Below the pieces are notes generated by a model. That model was not told the origin of the DNA and did no database searches. It saw only the letters and a program-made list of their open reading frames with translations. A stretch of 64,000 bases of DNA from Octopus sinensis (lineage: Eukaryota). The stretch covers positions 5,580,001 to 5,644,000 of the forward strand of contig NC_043004.1 in the NCBI RefSeq assembly GCF_006345805.1, given 5' to 3'. This document shows positions 49,624 through 62,985 of the stretch, piece by piece. The translations under genes and the position numbers were made by a program. Position 1 is the first letter of the stretch, and the number at the start of each line of letters is the position of its first letter.

Positions 49624-49838
49624 CCCTTTAGCATTCAGATTGCTCTGTTAAATGTAATGCATATGTATTCGCACTGCTTTGAATTAATCATGCATTAGCT
49701 TGTAGATTCAAGAATTTGATGATGCGATTGCATATTTTTAGAATGTCATTGTGGGGTAGTGTGAGAGGCTGCATCTGGCTATTTTGAACATGAAACAGAA
49801 TATTTGGGCTGGATATGGCCAGTTTAAATGCTAAAGGG
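49624..49838. mobile_element. piggyBac-type MITE (second family)
   Basis: aTAA|ccctttagcatt ... aatgctaaaggg|TTAA. Confidence 0.75.
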
Positions 49839-50486
49839 TTAAAGCATGTAATATTTAGATGGAGGCCCAGCTTTTCATATAGGACCAAGGGTGAACGTTT
49901 GAGACATTTTTTTTTTGGGGGGGGGGGGGAATAAGTGCATCTTATTTGCCATCAAATGCGGTATATACTGTAAATGATCCAGACTGTTTGTGCCAATGTC
50001 ATACTGTTTTAAAGACTGATAATATTGCATAAACCAATGTATTGCCATTGCTTTGAAAGAAAGAAGGCAAATGTCGTCTGCCTAAAGCACTATTATGAAG
50101 TGTGTCTACTGCTTTTAAAATCAAGTGGACTCCATTCTCCTTCAAGTAGATATTAAAATACCTTCTATGATACTTTGGTTTCTTGAAATAGTTTGTTCTC
50201 AACACTGTAAACAAAGTTGAATAAATTGTAACTTAACAATAATAAGAGTGGAAGTTTTAATTGTATAAATAGATGTAAACCAACAGTTTCGCTCGTCTAT
50301 TTTCTGTCTTTAAGGTATTTTTTCCTCCCTTTCATGTTCTGCTACATTTTTTAGACTTTATCACACAACTTCTATTTTGTACAAAAGCCATTCGTACTCA
50401 TCAATATTACTAAATGCAAAACCTTTTACTATAATGGTAACAAATTTTGTTGTATGACATGGAGAGAATAATTTAGATGTATACAT

Positions 50487-50800
50487 TATTTACATTCAAC
50501 GGATATTTGTCCTCATCTTGTTTGTTGTTAACACAACGTTTCGGCTGATACACCCCCCAGCCTTCTTTAGGTGTCTTGGGGAAATTTCGAACCTGGGTTC
50601 TCATTCCTAAGGTATTTTTCAATATTACTATTATTGTTATTGTTCAGGTCACTGCTTGGAATTGAACTCGGAATCTTGGGGTTGGTAGCCCATGCTCTTA
50701 ACCACTACACCATATTCTCGTGGGCATATGGTGTAGTGGTTGCAAATATCCGTCGAATGTAAATAATGTACATAATTCCTCATCTCTTAAATAAGGAACT
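50487..50800 (-). mobile_element. tRNA-headed element with hammerhead-bearing, Penelope-like tail, plus an inverted partial copy
   Basis: Minus strand: A-box tggtgtagtgg, B-box gagttcaattcc, AAT-rich linker, then gacac-CTAAAGA-a-ggctg..cagcc-GAAA-cg-tt-gtgtt. Inverted repeats at 50490-50510 / 50743-50770 and 50700-50715 / 50726-50741. Confidence 0.7.
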
Positions 50801-51694
50801 TAATTTAGATGTAGTTTTTCTATTTTGGTCTTGAATGTGATATTAAGTGTAGAAACTACATTTATTGTAGTTTCATTATTACTATTTGTAATATTTGTTA
50901 GCACTTGCAAAATATTGTGTTCTTTAATATTGAATGGAGAAATATATCACCATCACCATATGTTTGTTTTTCCATGCTGGCCTGTGTCGGATGGTCTAAC
51001 AGGATCTGATCAGCTGCAAGACTGCATCAAGTTCTAATGTGAGCTTTGGCATGGTTTCTGTGACTGGCCGCCCTTCCTTAATAGAGCCATCTACTTACTT
51101 ATGTCAACTACTATTTTAATTCTAACTTTACCCAGACTTTCTTTTGATTAAGGATTTTTCTTTCCAGCTGTAAATGTTTCATACATATAGTCATATAAGC
51201 TTTCTTCATAATTATGTTGTTTTATGTTCAACTCCACTGTATGGTACCTTGGACAAATAGCTCATATCATTGTCTCAGGTCAAGCAAAACTTTGTGAATA
51301 AAATTTAGTCAATGGAAATGTGTGAAAGTTCATTGGAAAGATTGTTCTCATTTTAAAGCCCTATATTTATTTGTAGATCCATTCATCTTCTTCTTATGCT
51401 CATATCCCAACATGCATCATTCAAGGCAGACAACAGTGGGAACTATCCATATGGTTGCAGCTGTTTAACATATATATCATTGAAAAACATATCCAGGAAG
51501 CTAAAATAATTATTTGTCTACCACCCGCATATTGTAAAAACTATCTGCTACCCAAATATTCTTAAACTGTCACCTGGGCCATGGTTGATTTCAACAAAGT
51601 TCACTCTGTTGCAGTCATTCGGACCAAGTCTCTGAGCTGTGAATAACTTTTTCTCATAAAAAAGGGTCATAGCTGTGGTTTCTTCTCTTTAGAC

Positions 51695-51892
51695 CAGGGG
51701 TGGGCAAACTTTTTTGATCGCGGGCCGCACAGTGCGTCTTTGGAACCTTGGCGGGCCTCATTTATAAAAATCAAGTGAAAATATTGTGAATTACCGTACA
51801 GTTACGAAGTATCTGCATAGAAGTTGGGATTCATAAAAGCTCTCGGCGGGCCGCATGAAAACCTATGGCGGGCCGTAGTTTGCCCACCCCTG
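51695..51892. mobile_element. hAT (Charlie-like) MITE
   Basis: TIRs caggggtgggcaaact / agtttgcccacccctg; perfect 8-bp TSD ctttagac. Confidence 0.9.
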
Positions 51893-52906
51893 CTTTAGAC
51901 TAATTCCCTGGGTAATCATATTTTGAATCTTGTAATTTCATCTTCAACAAGACAGATAAAAGCAAGAGAGTTGAAAACAATTTTCAAAATCGTCATCAAC
52001 TAATCTTGACCTTGAGTAATTCATTCATCTTATTATATTTCACTCTCCACCAGATTATCAATTATCAGAACCTTTCAAAAATCTTTTCCAAACTTCCAAT
52101 ATAATAAATGAAGTGTATTGTTACTTTGTTTTGGTCTTAGAGATTTGCATCCATATTTCATTCATTTAATGGCTGTGTGGCAAAGAAGCTTGCCTCCCAA
52201 CCATTTGGTCTTGTGTTCAGTCCCACTACATGGCACCTTGGGCAAGTGTCTTCTACTGTAGCCCTGGTCCAACTAAAGCTTTGTGAGCAGATTCGGAAAC
52301 TGATGTGGACAGAAACTATGTGGAAACCTGTTGTGGTTATTTGTGTGTCCTTGTCTAGACATCATGTGATAGTCATAAATGACTTCATGCAAATGAAGTT
52401 GTTTCCAGTCTTTTGTAAAAAAAATATGTCTAGCTATGGGAGAATATTACCTTGCTTAGAAGCAGGTAATGGTTGGTGACAGGAAGAGCATCCAGCCATT
52501 GAAAATCTAACTCAACAAATTCTGCCTGTCCCATGTAAATGTGGAAAAATGTACCTTAAATGATGATGTTGATTTGAATGCAAAAATCGAGTTGTTTGAA
52601 GTTGTTTTCAATTTCATTTTGCATTAACTTTGTTAACTAAAATTGTTTTCAAATTGTGACTGTCATACCATATTTTCTCGTAATATGTTGTCTGTAACAA
52701 CAGACAAGGGATATACTAGAACTACTCTAACCCTATCACTGCGAAACCTAATAATGTGGCTGAGAGAAGATATATCAGGGGAGCTTTCTGCATCTTTATA
52801 TCTCTTGTCTTTTACTCATTTCAGTCATTGGACTGCAGCCATGCTAGGGCACTGCCTTGAGGGATTTGGTCAACTAAATTCACCTCAGTACATATATATA
52901 TATATC

Positions 52907-53207
52907 ACTGTGACTGACCAGGCTATCACATGTTGCTACACATCGCTGGTCACAATGTGCTTCGCATTGTTTTTGTAGCCTTCAAATGACGCCACCCTGC
53001 TGGCTAAACAAGCAGGCCAACAGAAGAAAGAGTGAGAGAAAGTTGTGGCGAAAGAGTACAGCAGGGATCGCCACCACCCCCTGCCAGAGCCTCGTGGAGC
53101 TTTAGGTGTTTTTGCTCAATAAACACTCACAACGCCCGATCTGGGAATCGAAACCTCTATCCTACAACCGCGAGTCCGCTGCCCTAACCACTGGGCCATT
53201 GCACCTC
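52907..53207 (-). mobile_element. tRNA-derived SINE (third family)
   Basis: Minus strand gaggtgcaatggcccagtggttagggcagcggactcgc...ggtttcgattccc. A head fragment also occurs at about 20890-20990. Confidence 0.75.
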
Positions 53208-53784
53208 CACACACACACACACACACTCATATATATATATATTTATTTATATTTTTACAGTCTGCTACTTTTTCTATCGGTCTCTTTTGCTGAAGCACTA
53301 AATTACAGGAATGTAAACAAACCAACTTTAGTTGTCAAGCTGTAGTGGGGAACAAATACAAACAGAAGCATGCATACATGCACACACACACACACATGCA
53401 CACACACATGCACATGTGATGGAATTCCACTCAATTTCTGTCTACCAAATTCACTCACAAGGCATTGGTCAGTTGGTTAGTCCAGAGCTGGAGTAGAAAA
53501 TATTTGCCCAAGATACTGTGCAAAGGGACTGAATCCGAAACCACATGGCTACAAAGTGAGCTTCTTTAACAATACAGCCATCAATATTGAATACAAATAC
53601 GAAAATTCATTTCTGATCAATAATTTTCTGACAGTTCAGCAACTTTTGTCTTTATACCATTTTATCTTTATAACTTTTTGTTCACATAGTATGCATGGCT
53701 GATCATTCCACAGGGTTTATTTGAGCCATCTCAGCACAAATTCATATACCGTTTAGAATAATTATCTATGAGCAATTACAAACT

Positions 53785-54466
53785 GCAATTCTACATGGTA
53801 GTAAGACATGGGCCCTGAATGCAGAGAACATGCGAAGTCTAGAGAGGAATTAGGCTAGTATGCTTTGCTGGATGTGTAATGTTAAGTGTACATATTCGAC
53901 AGAGTGCTGGTGTATTGAGAGAGAAGTTGTGCATAAGAGAAATTAGATGCAGTGTGCAAGAGAGAAGATTGTGTTGGTTTGGTCATGTGATGTGGATGGA
54001 TGCCAACAGCTCCATAAAGAAGTGCTAATATCTCAAAATGGATGGAATACATGGAAGAGAGAGCCCCAGGAAGACATGGGTTGAAGTACTGAAGGATGAC
54101 CTCTGGATGCTGAACCTCTCAGACATGATGACAAAGGACTAAGATACCTAGTACCATGCTGTACATGTGAAGACCCATCCTTCACAGTAGAAGTGTTAAG
54201 GCCACTACCTCTGGCAAAGGGGATTAATCTGCAAGAGTCATGCGCCAGTACCACATAAAAAAGCACTTGTGCCAGTACCAGGTAAAAGAGCTCATGTGGT
54301 GCCACATTAAAAAAACCACACAGCACACACTGTAATCTGATTAGCATTAGAAAGGGCATCCAGCCATAAAAACCCAGAACTTGGTGCAGCTCTCCAGCTT
54401 GCTAGCTCTGATCAAACCATTCAACCCATGCCAGCATGGAAAGCAGATGTTAAAGGATGATGATGA
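53785..54466 (+). mobile_element. Degraded RTE ORF2 C-terminus plus 3' UTR
   Basis: Reads LHGSKTWALNAENMRSLERN*ASMLCWMCNV...; (GAT)n tail. Confidence 0.8.
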
Positions 54467-55347
54467 AGCAGTGCCACCTTTGTTTTTATATCACTAAGAT
54501 TCAGTGTGCCTTACATTATTGGGCAACAAATTCAAGTGAATTCTCTTTTATCTGATATTTAATATCTTTTACACTCTACTGGCTGACCTATTCTATTACA
54601 ATTCCTCCCTCACTAAAAATATCATCCCCTGCTTCTACATCAATATGTTTACTTCAAATATGTTTGACATGTTTCTCTAATGTTTGTATAACACTTTTTT
54701 TCTTTCTCTCAAACTTGCCTGTTCAGTACATAGATAGATTTACTGGAAATATGGATGGCTTGCAAATCTTTCTAAAAAGGTGCATATGCTATTGCATATA
54801 TCAAGATTCTGAATGTAATTCTCTCCTTAAAAGAATGTGCTTGTATATCAATACATGAACAAGCAATCCAGATGTCTTGTAGATCTCTCACTATTCAACC
54901 CTTTCTTTTTATTTTATTTTTAATCTTATTTTTCTGTAATCATATCAGGTTTTTTTCTACTACAGACTACTCTCTACTGATGCATATTTTTTATATACCA
55001 TTGCACCTTACCATACACACACATACTTGCATTTATTCATCATCAGTACTAAGTCACATGTTTAAGTTACTTCAACTACAACAACTGTCCATTTCCTTGA
55101 TTAGAATATAGATAACTTTTATTTTCAAGATTCTAAAACAAAATGTTTTTTCACTGTTATTGTTAGTATAAATCACAGAAATTTTTTGAGCTTTTTTTTT
55201 GTATTGATTTATACAAAGATCTGGTGAAACAAAATTAGGGTTGAAGTGCAAATAGTTTTTCTTTTCATGTAAAAACATTATTTGTTTCTAATTTCTGTTG
55301 TGAAGGTAGATATGTAGCCTAATGATAAGGGTGCTGCACTCATGATT

Positions 55348-55580
55348 AAGGCGGCGAGCTGGCAGAAACATTAGCACACCGGGCGAAATGCATAGCCGTA
55401 TTTCGTCTGCCGTTACGTTCTGGGTTCAAATTCCGCCGAGGTCAACTTTGCCTTTCATCCTTTCGGGGTCGATAAATTAAATACCAGTTACGCACTGGGG
55501 TTGCTGTAATCGACTTAGTCCGTTAGTCTGTCCTTGTTTGTCCCCTCTATGTTTAGCCTCTTGTGGGTAATAAAGAAGCA
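55348..55580 (+). mobile_element. tRNA SINE (second family), intact
   Basis: Same as 35523-35775; tail tttagcctcttgtgggtaataaagaa. Confidence 0.85.
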
Positions 55581-56149
55581 GATTGCAAGATCATGGTTTT
55601 GATTCTTGGACCAGGAACTTCAATGTGTTCTTGAGCAAAACACCTTTTTTCACATTGTTCCACCTGTAAATGAGTAAACTGTATAATGGTCTGGCATCCT
55701 GTTCAGAGGGAATGTTATGATATTAGTCACTTATATGTTATAGAAACTTGCCCTATGAGTCCTAAGACTCAAGACAGTACACACCGATCTCTTTTCATAT
55801 CTAAATTTTTCATAATGAAAATTGATTTCATAATTTCAGTGTAGCATTAAGAGTCACCTTTTCTTCCTCAGTTATTTTCAAACATTGAAATAATTTTTTT
55901 CCCTCACACTCAAAAACTAGAACAACATAATTTACAAATTTCTTTGATAGGAATAAAAAAAATCAAAGTATATTTTGAAGTTTATAGAGAAAATCAGTTG
56001 ACTTATAATAGGTAAGTAGTCAATATTTAGGTCATTAGGCAGTGGGTAGATTAAAATACGTAGAGAATCAAAATATTAAGTATGAAAAGGATATGTGACA
56101 ATACACACCCCTGCCAAGGCCCAACATCCATGTTGAAAGGTTCTAATTA

Positions 56150-56650
56150 AGCACCATGTACTCAAACATAAATATCTTGGCCTTTGTATAGGGACTTCAC
56201 AGTAACCAGAAGCTGCACATTAATTTCAAACTTCTGCAAAACAGACATGTAATTAGAATATTGCAAGAAAGAATTACAAGACAGATTCTTCAAGCCAAGC
56301 CAATCAGCAGGAGACTTAGAGGTAGACTATGAACAAGGTGTTTGGACAATATCCATAGTCTTGGTTGGTCATACTTGGGAATCCAGTAGGAAAGTGTAAT
56401 AATGGTTACTCATGATAGGATCTTATAGAAGAAATGCTCCGGTGGGGAAATGGGTTGAGAAAATGGATGGATGGAATCAAGACATGTTCTTTCCCTCTTA
56501 ATCATGGTGTTCCCCCCAGGGAAGTGACAGAACTCTTTAGCTTCTCAATCAGGATCACTATATGCAATTCATGGGAAGCTCTTCATCAGACATCATCATA
56601 GCAGGAGCTGTCAGTAGAAACAGGTTAGACTGGAGCTTATAATACGGTAG
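56150..56650 (+). mobile_element. Highly decayed LINE RT C-terminal remnant
   Basis: KYLGLCI motif (aaatatcttggcctttgtata) followed by stop-ridden sequence. Only the motif supports this call. Confidence 0.3.
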
Positions 56651-58081
56651 TTCCAGTTTGACAACTATAACAAAAAAAAATCAATAAATGAATATACAGA
56701 ACATTTTCCTTTCTGTATGTCAGATTGTGACAAAGGAGATATTTCTAAATTTCCCCATGTTTGTAGTTAATTAATTTCTATATCAAGGTAGCTGAAATTA
56801 TTATTATTACTTTGTAATAATGCAGTTCTATCTTTTCCTTGTTTTAGTCATTGGACTGCAGCCATGCTGGAGCAATGCCTTAAAAAGATTTAGTTGAACA
56901 AGCCATCCCACTTCTCCACTCTTTAAATTTCAAGTCTGGCACTTATTCTATTGGTCTCTTAACAAACTGCTAAGTTACAGGGATGTAAGCACACCAACAC
57001 TGGTTGTCAAGCAGAGGTGAAGGGTTACAAATAAAGACACAAAGAAATGTATGCATGCACATGCGTGTGTGCACACACACGCATACACAAACACACACAC
57101 ATGCACGCACGTACACACATACACACACACACATGCAACGGACTTCTACACAGTTTCCATGTGCCAAATTCATTCACAAGTCAATGGTTGGCCTGGAGCT
57201 CTAGTAGAAGATGCTGCACAGTAGAACTGAACCTGGCACCACATGGCTGCAAAACAAACTCCTCAACCACACCACTATGCCTATGCTTCCTCCTTCATAA
57301 TATATTTCATCTTTGTCATGTCACACCATTCATTTGCAGACACTTGTACATGGTTACATTTAATGCTGGGTGTCTCATGTACTGCAGGGTTCTTAAGAGA
57401 TTGACCCAGGTCTAACTGCTCAATTTCATTGACTGAAATTGTCCTGCTCCAGTGCTACAACCCAAAGGTTATAGGATGTGAATAAAGTTAACAACATTGT
57501 TTGCAAAATACGTTAACAGTAATTTATTGTGTCTCATGTAGAAGGCATCTCTGAATTATTTATGTAATCTTCCATTACTACTGCAACAAGTATAATGAAG
57601 GTTGTACTTTGCTGATGAGTTCAAAATAATGTTGAAACATGTCTGAAAAACAAAAGAAAAAATGTTAGACAATGACTAATATTGTTTTCGTGTCACTGCA
57701 TAATCAATTATTTTTAGTTATTTTTTTGTTAGCTTAAGAATCCAGTATTATCAACTAACAAATTTTTCACCAATAAGATAAGTATCATCATGCTACTCTT
57801 CTCAAAGAACCTAATTTCAGTTAAGTAGATGCTAAACTGAGAAGAGTTTGGCACTCTGACGTATAGTGATGGGATATAAAGTCATTGTTATGATTCTCAT
57901 AAAGCCTTACACTCTCAGACTTCAAGTAGGAACTGAAGCTTCTCTTCATCCAATTATAAATATTAAACAGATTTTTACATCAGTTCAAATATGTTAAAGG
58001 ACATATTTGATTTGTGATTTTTGCTGCAGTTTGCCATGGAGAGAAAATATTGCTTTTGCCATTTCAAACTATGGACTAGTA

Positions 58082-58354
58082 TAATGGTTCCCAAAGTGGG
58101 TAGAACTGCACCCTTGGGGGTGGTAGAAAGATCCAGGGCGGGGCATGTTGAAGAAAAGTGGGGCAATAATGTGGTGGCCAAAAGGTGACAATGGATTTTT
58201 TTAAAAAGCCAAAATAATGGGTTAATTAGGTTATGTTTTATTTGTGAAATACAGTTGTTTTGAATTTGCTGTGGTTGTAAGTGCAGTGGTGGGGTGCTAG
58301 GAATGTGACTTGGGTGTCAAGGGGAAGCAGTCTGGAAAAGTTTGGGAATCACTG
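58082..58354. mobile_element. Degraded hAT-type MITE
   Basis: taatggttcccaaa ... tttgggaatcactg; flanks gactagta / cgctagta. Confidence 0.6.
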
Positions 58355-58573
58355 CGCTAGTATATGCATTCTGAGCTCTTTATGCTCTCATTAATATTAG
58401 ATACCAAGTGGGATAACTCTGAAATACTGAAAGCCTTTTCTTCCTTATAAGAAATTAGTAGAAATTATGTACTAACTGTGTGCTGATCACAGGCCAGATC
58501 ACAATTGATGGTTGGCATGTGGAACAGTGTTCTGAAATAAAACTTTTAAAACAGTTCAAATATGTTTGGGACA

Positions 58574-58795
58574 TATGAGAGGTACTGAAAAGTTCTTGGC
58601 TTTGGGTAAAAGAAAATACAAGAGGATCAATTAATTATGATTATTTCCAACATATTCCTCTCTCAGTTTCACACACTTATTGCAGTGGTCCTTCAGTTCT
58701 TTTTTAAGCCCTGTAAAAGAATTCAGAAGGTTGGACCTCCAAGCAGGCCTTTCATGATATCTTTAAAGCCTGGAACTTTTCAGCACTCCCTCGTA
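58574..58795. mobile_element. Mariner-type MITE
   Basis: TAtgagaggtactgaaaagttcttggcttt ... aaagcctggaacttttcagcactccctcgTA. Confidence 0.8.
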
Positions 58796-61700
58796 TTTGG
58801 TTTATAAACAGGCCATTTTCACTGCAGTTTGCTATAGAGAAAAATTCTCTCTTTAAGCATCAGACTCATTTCAGAGTGCCTCTTATAGACTAATATATTC
58901 ATTTCAAGTTCTTTATTATGCTTTCACCAGTTTTAGATACTAAGTGGTCTTTACTGTTAAATTAATTTGTTAATTACTGTTTTGTTATATCAAGAATGGT
59001 TCACCTTTATGGCAAATAGGAACTAAACAGTACTCTGACATCATATTTAAACTGGTAAACAGAGTAGTAATCTTGCTACACACTATAAATATTTAAATAT
59101 TGATTTCTTTTAACTTTAGGTCACTAAGCTTAATTTGTTTCTCACCCAAATCATTAGTTGAGGAAATAGGCTTGTCTTTAGCATATTAAGTTTCATTACA
59201 AAATTTATATAATTTTGCTCTGGATACTTACTACATATTCTTTCCAGTTAAAGATAAAAATATTTTCAGTCAACAAATAGCTTACAATACCATTAAAAAA
59301 AATTCTTTTTGACGTTTATATAATTATTTTGTAAAGTAAACTGTTTAAATAAACGATTAGCTGAAAGAATGTTCTTTGTCTGTTTAGCTATATGCTCCTC
59401 CTTTGGGATTTGAACTCTGTTAGCCTAGAATAAGCATTGTGATTCATTGGTAGCGTATTATGTTTTAACATTTCAGAATTCCAAAGTTAAAGTCATGTTA
59501 AGGTTGATTTTCTTTTTATTTACTTACTTTTTTTTAATGTTCCATTCTGTTTTCCTGTAGTTGATAAAAGTACTGGAAATTATGTATGTCTGGGATAAGA
59601 TGTTAAATTCATGAAACACAGCAGTAAGTGAAAACAGCATCCCATCTGAGTTTGGGATTATCAAGTTGAAGAATATTTATCTGTATAGGCTTGGCTTGGG
59701 TTGGCTGTGTGGTTAAGCAGCTTGCTTTGCAACTATATATTTTCAGGTTCAATTCCACTGCATGGTATCTTGGGCAAATGTCTTCTCCTTATAGGCCCAA
59801 GTCGACCGATACCATGTGAGTGAATTTGGTAAAAGCCCCATGTACATGACTATGTGTCTGTGTCTTCATGCCTATGTTTGTCCCCACCACTTGATAACAA
59901 GTGTTGGTTTGTTGACATCCTTGTAACTTAGCCATTCTGAAAAGGACACCAGTAGAATAAGTACTAGACTTAAAAAGTAAGTACTGGGGTTGATCTGTTC
60001 AACTAAAACCTTTCAAGACAGCACCCCAGCATGGTTGCAGTCCAATGACTGAAACAAGTGTAAGATGAAAGATAGCAATTAATATCATTTTTAAAAAATC
60101 CGGTCAATAGTTTCAATTAGCTATACTTGTCCAATGTAGGTGTAGTGCAGCTGAATGGTTAAGAATGTCACTTCATAACCACAAGGTCCTGGGTTCAATC
60201 CTATTGCATGGCATCTTGGGCAGATGTCATTTTCTATAGTCTCTTTCTCTCATATTCACCTTGTATCTTGAGGATATATCTTCACTATACCTTTCCCCTC
60301 CACTCTCTCTATCTGCCTGTCTCTCCCCCTCCCCCCAGCTGGTAAAAACTGTGTATTCACCACTTCAGCAAGACACGTCTTCTTGTCCTTCTATCATAGT
60401 TTGACATCCATCAGTCATGTGATTTCATCTTGCAAGTACATGGTGACCACACTGGTGCTGATGGTGCCATGTAAAAAACACTCAGTACACACTGTAAAGT
60501 GGTGGGCATTAGGAAAAGCATCCAGTGGTTGAAACTATGCCAAAGCAGATGTTAGAGCTTGGCAGTCTTCTGGCTCAATGGATCCTATCAAACCATCCAA
60601 CTTATGGACAAACAAATATCAAATGATGACGATAGTGATGATGGTGAGTGAAATTGGATAAATGGAGACAATATGGAATCCTGTTGGATGGATTACACCT
60701 GTGATTCAAAAAGTACAACACCATTTATTTTTCTCTCTCTCTCTCTCCTCTCCTTCCCTATCCTATTGGTAGTCAAGTAACTCCTCCATAGTAAGACAAC
60801 TCTCTCTGTCCCTCTATTATACACTAACCTCTAACCTGGTTCACAACCATTTCTCTCGGTGCCACTCTCTCTCTCACCTGAGATGGCTTTGACTTGCAAG
60901 CTACTTGGTGACCCTGCTGGTGCTACATAAAAGAACACTCAGTACACAGCAGTAAAGGGAAGGGCATCCAGCCGTAGAAACCAAGCCAAAACAGACAAAT
61001 GCCAGCTTCTATTGAACCATCTAACCCATACCAGCATGGAAAATGGACGTTTAATGATGATGATGATGACACACACACTGCATTACATTGATTCTGCCTG
61101 AGAATTACATTAAAAGCACAAATGTCTGTGAAATACTCAACCAGTTATACACTGGAACATATTCAGGAGCAGATAATTCAATTGATGAAATAAGAGAATC
61201 CTCAATGCTGAATGACCGAGATCTGCCACTTGACCAGTTAGCAATATTAGCAAATCACTCTATCTTTACTTGGTATTCCTTTACCTTTACTCTTCATTCA
61301 TTTTTAACTCTGAAACATCATTCATATATGTGATTTATCTTTTATCTACTTCCTGTTACTTGTCTCAGTCATTGGACTGCAAGCCATGCTGGGACACCAA
61401 CTTCAAGGGTTTATTCGAACAAATCAACCCTGGTATTTATTTTTCAGTCTAGTACTTACTCTGTTGGTCTCTTTCGTGGAACTGCTAAATTACGAGGATG
61501 TAAACAAACCAGCATCGGTTGTCAAGTGGTGGCAGGGGACAAATACAATCACAGAGACACATATAGGCACACACACACACACACACACACACATGTACGC
61601 ACGCACACACACATACACGCGCAATGGGATTATACACAGTTTCCATATACCAAATTTACTCACGAGGCATTGGTTGTCCCAGGGCTATAGTAGAAGATGC

Positions 61701-61809
61701 TCTGTAGTGGGTCTGAACATGAAACACATAGTTTTCAAAGCAAGCTTCTTAACCACATAGCCATGCTTGTGCACATCACAGCTTTATCATATCAGCTAAA
61801 TTACTGTTA

Positions 61810-61858
<49 letters not shown>

Positions 61859-62589
61859 CTCAGTTATAAATAATATATTTAGATAAATTATGTGTCTAGA
61901 CAAATAACCATTGTGTATCCTTTCAAAATATTACTGGTGTTTGTTTCTTGTTGGTATGTGGATTCTTTAAATTACTCTCAATTTTGAATAGTGGGAGTTT
62001 GTTCAGTTGGTGATATTGTAGTAATTATCTTGAGGCTGAAATATCCGTCTGTCCATCCATCCCTCTGTCTGTCTGTCCATCCCTCTGTCTGTCTGTCCAT
62101 CCATCCAATCATCCTTCTGTCTGTCTATCTATCTATCTATCTGTCTGTCTGTCTGTCTGTCTGTCTAAACAATCAATCAATTGGTCATTCATGATCAAAG
62201 GCTCTTGGTATTTGTGTATTTTGTTTTAATATTAAAAGTGCCTACTGGCTGAAATAATTATTGATTGGTTCATTAAAACAAAATACAGTTAAGTAATCAA
62301 AGTTAGTGTCTATATCTTCCATCTTTTACTTGTTTCAGTTGTTAGACTGTGACCATGCTGGGGCACCACCTTGGATAATTTTAGTCAAATGAATCGACCT
62401 CAGTACTTATTTTTTGAAGCATGGTACTTATTCTACTGATCTCTTTTGCGAACTGCTAAGTTATAGGATGTAAACACACCAACACCAGTTGTCAAGCATT
62501 GGTTGGGGACAAACACAGGCAAAGACACACATTCACACACATATATGTGATGGTCTTCTTTCAGTTTCTGTCTACTCCTGTAGGTGCAG

Positions 62590-62985
62590 GAGTGGCTGTG
62601 TGGTAAGTAGCTTGCTTACCAACCACATGGTTCAGGGTTCAGTCCCACTGCGTGGTACCTTGGGCAAGTGTCTTTTACTATAGCCTCGGGCTGACCAAAG
62701 CCTTGTGAGTGGATTTGGTAGACAGAAACTGAAAGAAGACCCTCGTATATATGTATGTATGTGTGTGTATATGTTTGTGTGTCTGTGTTTGTCCCCCCAA
62801 CATCGCTTGACAACCGATGCTGGTGTGTTTACGTCCTCGTAACTTAGCAGTTCGGCAAAAGAGACTGATAGAATAAGTACTAGGCTTAAAAAGAATAAGT
62901 CCTGGGGTTGCTCAACTAAAGGCAGTGCTCCAGCATGGCTGCAGTCAAATGACTGAAACAAGTAAAAGAGAGAAAAGAGAGAGAG
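62590..62985 (+). mobile_element. Full-length composite tRNA SINE
   Basis: Same as 1119-1500. Confidence 0.85.

Noticed and set aside
61088-61333. 81-codon ORF in unique sequence
   Set aside because: No ATG, no convincing splice sites and no recognisable domain.
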